This document shows, piece after piece, positions 1-16,743 of a stretch of DNA of 64,000 bases; the stretch's first letter is position 1; each line of letters begins with the position of its first letter. Source of the DNA: the human T2T-CHM13v2.0 reference genome, Homo sapiens. A program made the position numbers and the translations under genes. Below the pieces are notes generated by a model, which saw nothing but the letters and a program-made list of their open reading frames with translations, ran no database searches and was not told where the DNA came from. The stretch lies in the NCBI RefSeq assembly GCF_009914755.1, contig NC_060939.1; one strand, 5' to 3'.

Positions 1-600
1 CCTCCCCTTAAGTGAGAGAGGAAGGTTAGAGTGGGCTGAAGTTGTCTAATTGCCCTTCTCCAGCTCAGATAAGGCTTTGGTTAGACATTTTCTTGAGAGC
101 TTACCTTCATTACAGAGAACGGAACGAAGAACAGAACGAAGAACAGAACTCTCTGGGAATATTCCAAAATAGCTATTTCCTTCTCTCCCTGCTGGAAGCA
201 GAAGCGGATTCTCTGATCTTCACAGTGAGAACATGTTGGGGCTCTTGGAGGCAAAACTCACAAAAGTGTGGGACCCTCTAAGATTCTCCTCCCTGCCCCC
301 AAGAATTTTTAACTCTCAAGCTAGTCCACACTGAGCCTCGAGAAATTTGTCAATTAGAGCTGAAGCGTTCTTGTCAGTGTAGGTTCCAACAGCTGACTTC
401 TGCTCTCAGGCTTCTGCTCCCTGCAAGCTGTGATGCTTTATAATACTCCTCTCTCCAGTTTTCAGGACAGCAGTTTACCCTGTGATCTCAATTCTCTGAT
501 AGATATAAGAAGAGTTGTTTTCATTTAGCTTTTTTCTTGTTGTGAGAATAGGAATGACAACTTCCAAGCTCATTACATGTTGGAGTGAAACTAGAACTCC
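1..600 (-). mobile_element. Old L1M (L1MC/MD-type) 5' region fragment
   Basis: Motifs ctgtgatctcaattctctgat...gacaacttccaagctc..tacatg typical of old L1M 5' ends. Confidence 0.6.
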
Positions 601-1316
601 GTAAGTTGCTTTTTAATGATAATTTTGCAAAAGTGGGTATCACAATAGAATCAAGTTATTGAGTTGTATTGAGTTATTGGTGGGTGAGTTTTGTTAGTCC
701 TAATTATATTGATAATCTTAAAGATCTTGAACTTGCTTTCAAATTAAAAATTTTAAGACATAACATGACACACAAGTACTCATTCTTACAATTTTATTTT
801 TTTTACATTGCTCTCCCATGGAACTATCCACTGCTTAATAAGGAAAATGTTTAACCACCTTTGATATTTAAATCTTTACAACTATATAAAATAGCAGAGA
901 TTTCAAGAATATAAGTATTAATCACTTAGGGACCATCATTTTGTATATATTTAACGTTGGTTATACTGTAATTTGATTTTATTAAACAAAATACAACATT
1001 ATGTATTTTCTTTTACCAAGAATGTTTTATAGTGCAATAATTCTGTCAGTTGTTAATCATATAAACTCAGCCAGAAATAGAGCTTTTTATTCATGCTATA
1101 ATGGTCTTTATCAGACTTGGAAATTCTTATGCTTAATAAAACAACTGCAGTTTTACAGTGGCAAAAATAATAAAGATTGGTTTAATTTATTGTAATTACC
1201 AATAGAATATTTCCTATAAAATATAAGCTTAATTAGGAAGCATTGTTTTAAAATTACAATTTGAAAAGCTTTTAAAATAGCAAATTTGATTTTAAATTCC
1301 ATTTCTTCTTACTTAG

Positions 1317-1434
1317 GTTACTTCCAACTGTAATTGATCAGAAATCATTTATTTTCCCTCAGGAATCTGAGGGTACATTTTGGCAACCCCAAAGACAGCA
1401 CAGTTCATCTCTGCCTGTCTTTCCAAGAGCAAAG
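1317..1434 (+). CDS. IQCH: IQCH internal coding exon (probably exon 4), 118 nt, phase 2 to phase 0
   Basis: Acceptor ttcttcttacttag|G and donor AAG|gtaggt. The frame G TTA CTT CCA... reads (W)[39 protein letters not shown], matching the human IQCH N-terminal region as I recall it. Confidence 0.93.
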
Positions 1435-1440
1435 GTAGGT

Positions 1441-1995
1441 ATAGAGAAATTCATAGAGACAGAAAGTAGTTTAGTGATTGCCAGGGGCTGGGAGGAGCAG
1501 AGACTAGGAGTGACTTTTAATGGGTATGAAGTTTCTTTGGGGGACAATGAACATGTTCTAGAATTATATAGTGGTGATGATTGCACTACTCTGTGAATAT
1601 AGTAAACACCATTGAATTATATACTTTAAAAATGTGAATTTTGGCTGGGTGCAGTGGCTCACGCCTGTAATTCCAGCACTTTGGGAGGCCGAGGTGGGTG
1701 GATCACAAGGTCAGGAGATCAAGACCATCCTGGCTAACATGGTAAAACCCCGTCTCTACTAAAAATACAAAAAATTATCCGGGCGTGGTGGTGGGCGCCT
1801 GGTACTCGCCTGGTACTGGTGGTGGTACTCGGGAGGCTGAGGCAGGAGAATGGCGTGAACCCGGGAGGTGGAACTTTCAGTGAGCCGAGATTGTGCCACT
1901 GCACTCCAGCCAGGGCGACAGAGCGAGACTCCGTCTAAAAAAAAAAAATGTGAATTTTATGGTATATTAATTACATCTCAATGAAGCTGTTAAAA
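1441..1995 (+). mobile_element. L1MB/ME 3' end fragment, interrupted by an Alu
   Basis: catagagacagaaagtag...gtggtgatgattgcac...gtgaattttatggtatattaattacatctcaat. Confidence 0.8.
1643..1948 (+). mobile_element. AluY with 15-bp TSD AAAAATGTGAATTTT
   Basis: gagatcaagaccatcctggctaaca and gaatggcgtgaacccggg diagnostics. TSD at 1628-1642 and 1944-1958. Confidence 0.93.
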
Positions 1996-2265
1996 ACTTT
2001 TTAAAAGAGTAAAGTAAGAAATTTGCTTTGTGTTCTAAGTTAGAAAACATAATGTATAGGTCTGTTTCTAGAATTTCATTTTATAGTTGTTTCAGATATG
2101 TTCATGGCATGGTCAATTTCTACAACAAAAGAGCTTTCTTCAGAAGAAAATAAATCAAGACATAATACCTTCACATTTTTTAACAGAGCCAGGTGGCAAA
2201 GAATAGAGCTCAAGAAGTTTCTGACTTTGCCTCCATTGAGTGTTCTCTCAATTCTGTTTTGTCCC

Positions 2266-2647
2266 TGTCTTAGCTCAGGCTGCTGTAACAGAATACCATA
2301 AACTGAGTGGCTTAAACAACAGAATTCTATTTCTTACAGCTCTAGAGGCTGGAATTCAAAGGTCAAGGTGCCGGCAGATCCGGTGTCTGGTGAGGTCTTT
2401 CTTCCTAGTTTGCAGACAGTTTTCTTCATTTGTTTCTTCACATGGCAGAGAGAGACAGAGAGAAAACCAGCAAGCTCTTGTGTGTCTTTTTATAAGGACA
2501 TTGATCTCATTCATTAGGGTTCTACCCTCATGAGCTAATTATCTCCCAAAAACCTCACCTGCTAATACCATTACATTGGGTTAGGATTTCAACATATGGG
2601 TTTTGGTGGGCGGGGGGAGGCGGGGCACAAACATTCAGTCCATAGCA
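2266..2647 (-). mobile_element. MLT1A-type MaLR solo LTR
   Basis: tgtcttagctcaggctgctgtaacagaataccata ... acaaacattcagtccatagca termini. Confidence 0.85.
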
Positions 2648-2759
2648 TGCCCTGACTTAAAAGTAATACTAGCTCACCTCTTTTGGGTAGCAGGAACTGT
2701 TAGCAGTACTTTGAAAATACTAACTTGTTTGAACTTCAGAACAATCCTAGAAGGAGGTG

Positions 2760-3068
2760 TTATTATTATTATTACTATTATTATTATTAAGATGGAGTTT
2801 CACTCTTGTCACCCAGGCTGGAGTGCAGTGGCACAATCTCGGCTCACTGCAACCTCTGCCCCTCAGGTTCAAGCAATTCTTTGCCTCAGCCTCCCAAGTA
2901 GTTGGGATTATAGGCACCCACCACCACGCCCGGCTAATTTTTATATTTTTAGTAGAGATGGGGTTTCACCATCTTGGCCGGGCTGGTCTTGAACTCCCGA
3001 CCTCTTGATCCACCCGCCTTGGCCTCCCAAAGTGCTGGGATTACAGGCATGAGCCACCGCGCGTGGCC
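2760..3068 (-). mobile_element. AluS with (TAA)n-derived tail, next to a MIR fragment (~2660-2760)
   Basis: Full reverse Alu dimer. Confidence 0.92.
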
Positions 3069-3160
3069 AGTTGTATGACTTTTTAAATGTCTGTCTTCCC
3101 ACTAGATTATAAGCTTAATGAGGGCAGTAACTGTATTAGTTTGTTCATTACTATATTATG

Positions 3161-3728
3161 CGTAGGGTGTGGGCCATAGGCTCTTGACCTCCTAAAAGTT
3201 TGCTCAAAATCACTAACATGAGGCAGATTGATTAATTAGGAGAAAAGGCATACAAGTTTATTTAACATGTATACACAGGAGCCTTCAGTATGAAGACCCA
3301 ACATCCTAATAAGTTACAGAAGCTTATATATCATCTTGAGGTTACAGAAATAATGGGGGTCAGGGCATGGCCAAAACCAGGTTATGTTTATAAATCAGGT
3401 TCAGTGGCAAAACAGGTTATAAGAGGGAGAAAGGAAGAAGCTTGGCTAGCAAAGATGGCCTTGTGTGTAGATGCAGCCTCCTTCAGAGAGAATAGATGGC
3501 AAATGTTTCTTTTCAGTCGTTTAAAGGTATCAGACTCAATCTCTCCCAGATCCAGGAAATGACTGGAAAGGGGAGGCCTTGGCAGCATTGGTGGAGATTC
3601 TCTACAGAAGCAAAATTTCCCCACAAAAGACAGCTTTGCAAGACCACTTCTGTTTGCTGGCCCTGTGGCAACTATTTCAAAATATGTCAAAGTACATATT
3701 TTGGGGTAAAATATTTTTATTTCCTTCA
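3161..3728 (-). mobile_element. ERV1 solo LTR (MER34/MER39 group) inserted in an L2 3' end
   Basis: Ends ...ttttggggtaaaatatttttatttccttca, the reverse of TGAAGGAAAT.AAAATATTTTACCCC. L2 tail sequence lies on both sides (3090-3160, 3729-3765). Confidence 0.75.
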
Positions 3729-5799
3729 CAGAGGATTCTGCATAAATGTTTGTTGAATGGATAAACAAAACCACCACAGTGATCTCTAAGAGTGTGCTCA
3801 TCTGCATGTAAAATATCAGTTCAGGCTCCTGTGAACTCCCAAAGCAGCCCTCTCCTATCTCTGTCCTTGCACTTGTTACATTGGGTCTGTCAGCCACTCT
3901 CTGAGGAGTGCTTACTGTGTGCCCAGGATTATTAGAGGCACGCTGGGCTGAATAAGACAGATCAGATCCCTGACATCAGAGAGCTTATATTCTAGTGGGG
4001 AAAGACAGACCATCAATAAGATACCAGCAGATAATGATAAAAGCTCTGATAAAAATAAAACAGAATGCTGTGATAAAGGGAGCTTAAACTTCTCATCTTC
4101 CTTACTGTTAAATCACTTCTTCAGTCATTTTTTTACCTGTTTGCCAAGAATCTCAGAAGGTCCATAGTTGGTCCCCCAGACCAGAGATTAGATGGAGGTA
4201 TCTGATTTATAAGAGCAATGAAATAAAATATATGAAATTAGGCTATTTTAGAATGTATAATTGCTATTATTGTTGTGGGAAAAAAAAAAAAAACTATGGC
4301 CAGAAATTTATTTGCCCCAAAGAGCTCTGAATCCTGGCTAATGTTCATGAAGATGCACTGTGTTCTTTTAAATGCTATGAGGATGGGTGAGCTTCACTTA
4401 AAAAGTGGCATGGACTATTTCCTACCCTGACTTTGCCTCCAGAGCCTGGATTACTATTGTTGTTGTATATCTAATATGTGTGACGTCTGCTTAAAAATGC
4501 ATATCCTCTGACACAAAAGATAGCCCTAATTTTGCACTGTAAAGTCAAAGACAGACAATGCTGTCTTACCAGCTGTTACACATGCCTACTACACCAACAT
4601 AAAAGCTTATATTATTAAGTAGTTATGAAATCCAACTGGGATATTACTACCTTTAATTGCCCACTTCCAACCTTTTAAACCAGGTAAACCCCAGTCACTT
4701 CTTTAAGCTCTCTCTCACCAAAAGTGGATAGCTGTTTTTGAAATTCACATCAAAAAGCTTAAATGACAAACAGTTAGGAGTTGCTCAATTGTAATTAAGA
4801 ATCGTAATTTAGAATTGTTTATTAAGCCTCTTTTAATTTGAAAAAGCATACTCAGAAACATTTACAATTTAAAAAAGAAAGGTTACACTAACCTTTCACT
4901 TTCTGAGGTTTTCTCTTGAAAAAAATAGAATCAGTGATGAAATATCAGTAAGTAGTATTGGAATATAAAGTCTAATTTTCAGAATTTGCTGATAACTGGC
5001 GAAATCAATATGGACTCCATTTTTGCTTATTAAAATACTAATTTTTAATTTTTTCCTCCAAATTTATCAGTAATACATGCTTGTTGTTGTGACAAACATA
5101 ATATGAAGATGTAAAGGCAAAGCCAGTTGTTTAACCCCCACTCTCTACCAAACTACCCAATCCCATGAGGCAACCAGTGTTAACAGCGGGTTGTATTTGT
5201 CCACTCATTCCCCTTTGTAATAATGTATATACAGTACAAGTACGTATGCAGATATGTAGGGTTTGTGTTGGTTATGAATTTTTTTGCTTTTACTGAAACA
5301 GATAACATTTTGAGTCATACAAATAAAGACCATTTTTGTTCACAAATGCTATATATGAAGTTATGTTCATACAATTATTCACATAAAATATATGCTATTT
5401 TATGTTTATCAAATGGGATAAAAATGTAACATGGTGTGATATTTCTGAGTTTTTTTTTTCTATTGACTATCCGTGACAACAAAAGAGGGAAAGTGGGACC
5501 ATGTACGTTCTGGGGTTGAGTCTAAAGAGTCCAAAGTAAGTGGGAAATATCTTTGATAGCTCATGCTTTGGCATATAAATTATAGCAATTTTTCACTCCA
5601 TTTCATTATATATCCATTTTTGTTTCGATATAAAAGTAATGGATTTTACTTCAAAATATTTAGATAAAACTCATGCCCCAAATAATATATCTCTTGTTTA
5701 TTATGTTCCTATCATACTACCACATACTCCCAGTAGTGCCCCAATTTGAGATGCAGAGGATTGTACAGCATCAGTTTATTCATTTACCAAACATTTTCA

Positions 5800-6369
5800 A
5801 ATTTTTATTTATTTCATTTATTTTATTTTTTATTTTTGTGAGTACATAGTGGGTGTACATATGTATGGGGTACATGAGCTATTCTGGTATAGGCATGCAA
5901 TGCATGATAATCACATCAGGGTAAATGGGGTAGCCATCACCTCAAGATTGCATTTATCCTTTGTGTTACAAACAATCCAATTATACTCTTTAGTTATTTT
6001 TAATGTACAGTAAATTATTACTGACTATAGTTGCTCTGTTTTACTATCAAATACTAGTTCTTATTCATTCTTTCTATTTTTTGTACCCATTAACCATCCC
6101 CACTTCCCCCTAACCCACACTACCCTTCCCAGACTCTAGTAACTATCCTTCTACTTTCCATCTTCATGAGTTCAACTATTTTAATTTTTAGCTCCCACAA
6201 ATAAATAAAAACACGTGAATCATGTCCTTGTTTGCCTGGCTTATTTCACTTAACATAATGAAGTCCAGTTCCATCCCTGTTGTAGTAAATGACAAGATCT
6301 CATTCTTTTTTGTGGCTGAATAGTACTTCACTGTGTATATGTACCACTTTTTCTTTATCCATTCATCTG
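5800..6369 (-). mobile_element. L1MA (L1MA2/3-like) 3' UTR
   Basis: gtacatagtgggtgtacatatgtatggggtacatgag...aatcacatcagggtaaatgggg signature. Confidence 0.85.
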
Positions 6370-6370
6370 G

Positions 6371-7734
6371 GTTTTTTGTTTTCTTGTTTGTTTTAAACTT
6401 TTAAGTTCAGGGGTACATGTGCAGATTTGTTACATAGGTAAACTTGTGTCATGGGGATTTGTTGTGCAGATTATTTCATCACCCAGGTATTAAGCCTAGT
6501 ACCCATTAGTTATTTTTCCTGATCCTCTCCCTTCTTCCACCCTCCTCCCTCCAATAGGACCCAGTGTGTGTTGTTCCTCTCTATGTGTCCATGTGTTCTT
6601 ATCACTTAGCTCCCATTTATAAATGAGAACATGTGGTATTTTCTGTTCCTGCATTAGCTTGCTAAGGATAATGGCCTCCAGCTCCATTCATGTCCCTGCA
6701 AAATACATGGTCTCATTCCTTTTATGGCTGCATAGTATTCCATGGTGTATATCTACCACATTTTCTTTATCCAGTCTATTATTGATGGATATTTGGGTTG
6801 ATTCCATGTCTTTGCTACTGTGAATAGTGCTACAGTGAACATATGTGTGCATGTATCTTTGTAATAGAATGATTTATATTCCTTTGGGCGTATACCCAGT
6901 AGTGGGATTGCTGGGTCAAATGCTATTTCTGGTTCTAGATCTTTGAGGAATTGCCACACTGTCTTCCACAATGGTTGAACTATTTTACATTCCCACCAAC
7001 AGTGTAAAAGCATTCCTATTTCTCTGCAACCTCGCCAGCATCTGTTGTTTCTTCACTTTTAAATAATCACCATTCTGACTGGTGTGAGATGGTATCTCAT
7101 TGTGGTTTTGATTTGCATTTCTCTAATAATCAGTGATGTTGACCTTTTTTTCACATGATCATTGGCCGCATGTATGTCATCTTTTGAAAAGTATCCATTC
7201 ATGTCCTTTGCCCACTTTTTAATGTTTTTTTTTTCTCAGAAATTTGTTTAAGTTCCTTACAGATGCATCCTTTGTCGGTTACATAGTTTGCGAAAATTTT
7301 CTCCCATTCTGTAGGTTGTCTGTTTATTTTGTTGATAGTTTCTTTTGCTGTTCTGGAGCTCTTTAGTTTAATTAGATCCCATTTGTCAATTTTTGTTGAC
7401 AAAAATTTTGTTACAGTTGCTTTTGGCATCTTTGTCATGAAATCTGTGCCCATGCCTATGTCCTGAGTGGTATTGCCTGGGTATTCTTCTAGGGTTTTTA
7501 TAGTTTGGGGTTTTACATTTAAGTCTTTAATCCATCTTGAGTTAATGTTTGTGTGTGGTGTAAGGAAGGGGTCCAGTTTCAATCTTCTGCATATGGCTAA
7601 CCAGTTATCCCAGCATCATTTATTGAATAGGGAATCCTTTCCCTGTTGCCTTTTTTTGTCAGGTTTGTCAAAGATCAGAGAGTTGTAGGTGTGCAGTCTT
7701 ATTTCTGGGTTCTCTATTCTGTTCTGTTGGTCTA
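6371..7734 (-). mobile_element. Older L1PA (PA11-16-like) 3' UTR plus ORF2 end
   Basis: ttttaagttcaggggtacatgtgcag.tttgttacataggtaaac...cccaggtattaagcctagtacc. ORF2 C-terminal peptides appear in ORFs 6753-7013 and 7199-7582. Confidence 0.85.
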
Positions 7735-10686
<2,952 letters not shown>

Positions 10687-10709
10687 AACTACGTTAGGTA
10701 CTCTTCTAA

Positions 10710-11720
10710 GCACTGGAGGACTTGTCTTTGAGAATATGTTGAGGGAGATAGACAAATAAACATCATCTGAGACAGAAAGAAGCACTGTGGGCTACAGAAT
10801 CAAAGAGAAAGGGTGGGCTTATGCAAACTTGGTCAGGGATGCGAGAGGCTTTACAAAGGCAATGATGCCTGGGCTGAGTCTCAGCCAGCTAAGATGAGAG
10901 AGGAGAGGTGCTCACAGTGGAGGAAATATGCAAATACATGGCCATAAACAAGAGCATGGCTTATCTGGGGGGAACCCAATGAGTTCCTCATGGTTAAAAT
11001 GTAGACAGTATTGTTTGAGGACAATCAAGAGATGAGGTTGAAGAAGAGATAAAGGAAGGCTAGATAATGATGCAGCTTGCTAAGATTCTATAATGTGAAA
11101 GAGTTTGAATTTACATTAGTGACAAAGAGAACTATTTATAATTTTTAAATAGTGAATTAGAGAATGACATGATCATAATAGTGATTTGAAAAGATTGTTT
11201 TGTCAGCAGTATGGAAAAAGAGATTGGAGTAGGAGGTAGACTCTGGGAACTTCATCAACCAATTTGTGGTAATCCAGGTAAGAGATGATGAAGGTCTGAA
11301 TTATTGCAGTGATCATGGGCCTAAAGAAAAAAAGACAGTGATTAGTAGTAGAACTAACACGACTTGATCATGGGGGATTAAAAAGAGAATGAGAGAGTGA
11401 GTGATAACCCACAAGTATCCAGCTTGGAGACTGGGTGCTAGTTACACCATTCATTGAGATGGGAGACATAGGAGAAGGAGCAGATATGTTGAGGTGATGA
11501 TTGGAGTAGGCAAATAAGATTAATTCAGTTTCATACAGTGTTGAATCTGAGATGCTTGTGGACCCTTCCAAGAGGAAATGCCTAACAGGCAGCTGAATGT
11601 ACCTACACGTAGTATGGAGGTCAGAAGAAATATCTGAGAATAAGCTATAGATTTGCTCTTATCAACATTTAGGGGTGGTACAAGTCAGAGAAGATGGGAT
11701 CTCTCAAAGAGAACATCAAG
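10710..11720 (-). mobile_element. L2 fragments
   Basis: Purine-rich L2 motifs (gtaatccaggtaagagatgatg, ccattcattgagatggggagacatagg). Confidence 0.65.
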
Positions 11721-12799
11721 TGAAAATGATGAGTAATGTAGTTGAAGTTTCTGTATCACAAATCAGTAAGAGATTTTCAGGTTTAAAAACATAATTTTTA
11801 AAACCAAACAATATATATTACACAAACTTTCATGTAACAAAGTTTGAGTCTAAGCCTTTTTATTCACAGTCTAGATTCTTCCAAATCACTTTTGGCCATT
11901 TGACATCACGTGCAGCATCATGATGACAGACTGTTTTTTAACAACTCTGACTTGTGAAGTTGAATCTTTTGTCTTCATTCGACTGGTAATATAATTCTGG
12001 GGCATAGTGAAAAATAATAGGGTTTCTTTTCATTGTCTTATTTGGTCCACGTCATAATTTCATATTTTCCGTAACTTAATTCCCAGCCCTGAAAGTTAAA
12101 CACCTTCTCCTGAAAATCAGTGGAAGGCTTCTGTCAGAGCTTTTCAGTACCTGAATGATTATATAAATTGGTGACACCAGCTCTCCATAGCTTTGAAAAT
12201 CCTAGAGTCTATTCCATGAGATTTACTATGCTGGTTTATATCATAATTTCTGCATCTGTAATAACTTTTTTATTTTAATGCTGCATCAAAATGTAATCTT
12301 TTAAAAGGTGTTTTAAGCAAAAATCTCTGCTTAAATTTTAAGCACCTCTGGTACTTCTAGGACACAAAATTCAATTGTGGTGATGATGTTATGAACATAT
12401 TCTTATTCATGGCTAGTCTGAGTTGCACAATTGCATCACAGCTTACTCCTGTGGGTAGTGACTGGCAAGATTCTTGGCAAGATTCTTTTGACATCACATG
12501 TAAGAAAGGCTGATTTCAGAAATGTTAAAACTTGAAAACATTTTTTTGAATAGAAGAAATACAGCACATATCATACAAGGCTTTACGCTTAACCTAATAA
12601 TTTCAGTGTTGAAAGAATTCTTGGAGATTTTATTTTGTAATTTTGAAGGCAATTAAATTGTGAAGGCAGTTTGTGAGACAGTTCAGATTATTCAACAAAC
12701 TTTGAGTGTCAAATTTGTGCCATTCACTGTGCCCAGCTCTGGAATGCAGAGATATATAATACAGCATGATCCCTTTCCACGTGGAATTTAATATAGTGG

Positions 12800-12978
12800 C
12801 CTTCCTTGGGAGCCTTGGGGAATGCAGAGAGACTTCTGGGTTTGTTACAATGTTTTTGGAGCACTGCTGGCCTTTAGTGGGCCAGGAACACTAAACTTTC
12901 TATAGTCCATAGGATTTTCTGCACAAGAAGAGCTATATCTCTCGCAGTGTTCATAGAATCCACTCTGGAAAACACTGC
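12800..12978. mobile_element. MER20/MER3-like hAT fragment
   Basis: gcactgctggcctttagtgggccagg...ctggaaaacactg resembles the MER20 core and TIR. Confidence 0.45.
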
Positions 12979-13853
12979 AGAAGACAGAAACACAATCATT
13001 ATTCATGCAAGTCCAACCACTAGGGAAGGGACATACTATCACTGTGTTGTAACTGTCTCATTCTAGACAATACCTATTGTTCAGCTTGGATACCTACCTT
13101 GTTTGCCAGATGTAACTCAGAATAATTTTTGGCAAAAGCAAAAAGGTGAAGCCATTCTAAAGAATGTGATGTAGGCAGTCTAAAAAACGAGTTCCAAAAA
13201 TTGGAATAAATGCATAGTTTCCCAAATAGCACAATACCTGGCACATGGTAAAGTGCTCAATTATGGGTATTATTATGATTATTAACCTAATTCTAGAATT
13301 TCCTGGAATCTCACATTTTGAAGGGACTTCAACAGTCATCTAATTCTAGCCAGGATAAACACCAGCTCACCCCAAGTTCCTTAAAATTGATGCCTTAACA
13401 ATCAAACATAAAAAAAATACTGTGCTCTAGTATGATACAGCAATGTACATTTGTATCTAACCTGGAAAGAATCTTTAATTTTGTGAATTTTGATCTAATT
13501 AAGAAAGGTGATTTTCAAAATTTCACCCAAACGAAAGTTTTGAGGATTTTTGACATTATGTGGCATAATATGGTAAAAGATCAAAAATGGAAAATATCAG
13601 AGCAGGCAAAGGTTCCTTCAGAAATTTTCACTGTAAGTTATACCTCTATCAGGGTAAAAATTTTACTGATGAGATGGCAAGTTGGATTTTATAGAATAGA
13701 TTGGAGAGAAGAGAATGCCTACAAGGATCCACTGTGAGTTCTGCCCTCTCATTAGAATGTAAGCTCCATGAGAGCAGCGACTTTTTGAAAATATTTGTTT
13801 CCTTTTCCATGGCTTCTAAAAACCCTTTTTGTATGAAAATATTCAAATATACT

Positions 13854-14511
<658 letters not shown>

Positions 14512-14524
14512 GTATGAAAAAATA

Positions 14525-14855
14525 ACATAAATAACCACTTCTCCATCACTTAGATTGAACAATTGTTAACCTTTACCATTTTTGCTTCATCTATTTTTAT
14601 TGAAGTGTTTTAAAATAAAATAAAAACCTAATGACATTTCACCCCTTAATGCTTTTAACATGAATCTTCAAAAATGAACTGTTTCTCTTTCACTCACAAT
14701 ATCTTTATCTCACCTAATAAAATCAACAGTAATTCTTGAATATAATAAATTTCCAGTTCATATTTAGATTGCCCCAGTTATTCCCCAAATGACTTTTACT
14801 CCTCTCTTTCCAGTCCTGGATCTGTTATCCATTGCATCTGATTATTTTATTTCTA
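14525..14855 (-). mobile_element. L1MC-type 3' fragment
   Basis: atgacatttcacccc...cacctaataaaatcaacagtaattcttgaa. Confidence 0.6.
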
Positions 14856-14935
14856 AAGCAGAGGGACTCTGCTTAGTTCATTGCTGTAACTAGGGCCTAG
14901 ACAGTGCCTAGCCTGGAGTAGGCTCTCAGTAGATG

Positions 14936-15090
14936 ACAGCATAGTGGTTAGAACTATGGGTTAACATCCTGGCTCTATCACTTACTAGCTATACTTGGGC
15001 AAGTCACTTAACCTCTCCATGCCTCAATTCCTCATCTGCAAAATGGGTTTAATAGTAGTATCTGTTGTACAGTGAGTGTTGTATAAGTAT
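14936..15090 (+). mobile_element. MIR
   Basis: Core ctctatcacttactagct..ttgggcaagtcacttaacctctc...catctgcaaaatggg. Confidence 0.8.
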
Positions 15091-15259
15091 TATTGTTCTT
15101 ATTTGTTGATAAGTACTAATCAACCTCTATTATGTACCTAATACATGTTGGGCCCTATTTTAGGCATCAGCCACATTTCTCTGCTCTCATGGAGCTTACA
15201 TTCTAATTGAGGCTGAGTAGTCATTAGGAAAACAAAAAACAATTTGAAAAGTAAACATC

Positions 15260-15594
15260 CAGTTGTCCCTCACTATTCTTGGGGGATTGGTCCCATGATC
15301 TCCCTTGGATACTAAAATCTGTGTATGCTCAAAACCCTGATATAAAATAGTGTAATATTTGCATATAACCTATGTACATCCTCCTGTACACTTTAAATAA
15401 TCGCTAGATTATTTGTAATACTTAATACCATGTAAATGTTCTGTAAATAGTTTTTATACTGCATTGTTTAGAAAATAATGACAAGAAAAAGAGTCTGTAT
15501 ATGTTTGGTACAGATACATTTTTTAAAAAATATTTCGAATTCACCGTTGATTGAATTCATGAATGCAGAACCCATGGATATGGAGGGCCAGAGT
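15260..15594. mobile_element. MER2 (TcMar-Tigger) inside an L2
   Basis: cagttgtccctcactattc...gaacccatggatatggagggccagagtg TIR-like ends. Confidence 0.85.
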
Positions 15595-16226
15595 GAATAG
15601 CATGTTAGTTGGTGAGAGAAAAGCTGGGAAAGGAACATAGGGACTATTGGGATGGTCTAACTTGTAAGGTGACATGTGAGCACAAATTTGATGGCTCTGA
15701 AGGAGCAAGTCATGTGCCTCCTTGGAGGAAATGCATCCTAGACAGAAGAAAGACCCTAAATTATGAGTGTGAATAGCAAAGAAGGGGAGGGTGCAAGGAA
15801 GAGTGAAGTGGGAAAAGTAGGAGGGGCCAGATCTTGTAGACCATTGTGAGACTTTGGATATTACCGAGGGAGATCGAAAGTTATTGGAGGCTTTCACCAG
15901 AGAATATGACTTGCAATTTGAAAGGTCCCCTATAGATACAGTAGTGAATGGTATAATAGAGTTTTGGAAAACATGCTCTTGTAGAGCCAGAGGGTATGCC
16001 TAATGCCTGGGCTTTGATGTAACCATTAAGGGCATCATCTTGAAAATCTTTTTCAAGCACAGCAGTGTGACCTCTGCATCCTAGACTGCCAGCTCACATA
16101 TAGTATGTTCTTCCAACAATTTTTCAACACTATGAGGACCTTCAACCCATTGACCTCTCATTATTTCACTATTTATCACTTTTGTCTTATTGTCTTTTCC
16201 TTCTCAGCTAGATTAGATGCCATGGT

Positions 16227-16743
16227 TGTGGCAGAAATTGTTAGTTCTCTGCCCAATATCTATTTCCTTGCCTATATTACTAACAACTGATTTTGCTCAG
16301 GATGGCGTTATATCATAAGGAATAAGATTCCTCATTTCTGAGCCTTCCTCAAAGCAAAATATTTCCACGTGTCCCAGTTCTGTCCAGTTAGTACCAAGCA
16401 GCAGTCTACTGGGGGTTAGTTCCAGGGAATATTTTGCTTTTCTAATAAAGGGGATAGTCACAGCTGGCATGTTCCTTTGCCCCTATTTCCCTTTCTCCTT
16501 TCTTCCTCCCTTAAACACAGATATGACATCTGGAGCTGCAGCAATCATCTTGCAACCATGGGATGACAAGCATGGACAAAAGGCAACACCCTGATGATTG
16601 TAGAGCAGAAAGAGAGAAAGGAACTGGGCCCCCAGTGGCTTCTCTGAGCAGCTGAACTAATGCTAGCAATTGACTACCTCTGCCATGTGAGAATAGACCC
16701 CAGTAGGGTTTTCTGTTATAGAATGTCAGATCTAACTGATTCA
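16227..16743 (+). mobile_element. Old MLT1 (H-K group) LTR inside an L2
   Basis: tgtggcagaaattgttagtt...gagctgcagcaatcatcttgcaaccatg...ctaactgattca. Confidence 0.7.

Noticed and set aside
122-149. GAACGAAGAACA x2 tandem
   Set aside because: Simple slippage inside an old L1; nothing suggests function.
2603-3008. 129-aa and 83-aa ORFs, and similar ones at 8590, 20379, 23289, 45855, 51056 and 61954
   Set aside because: Translations of Alu sequence.
3388-3897. 169-aa minus-strand ORF
   Set aside because: Lies mostly in an ERV1 LTR; no recognisable domain or splice context.
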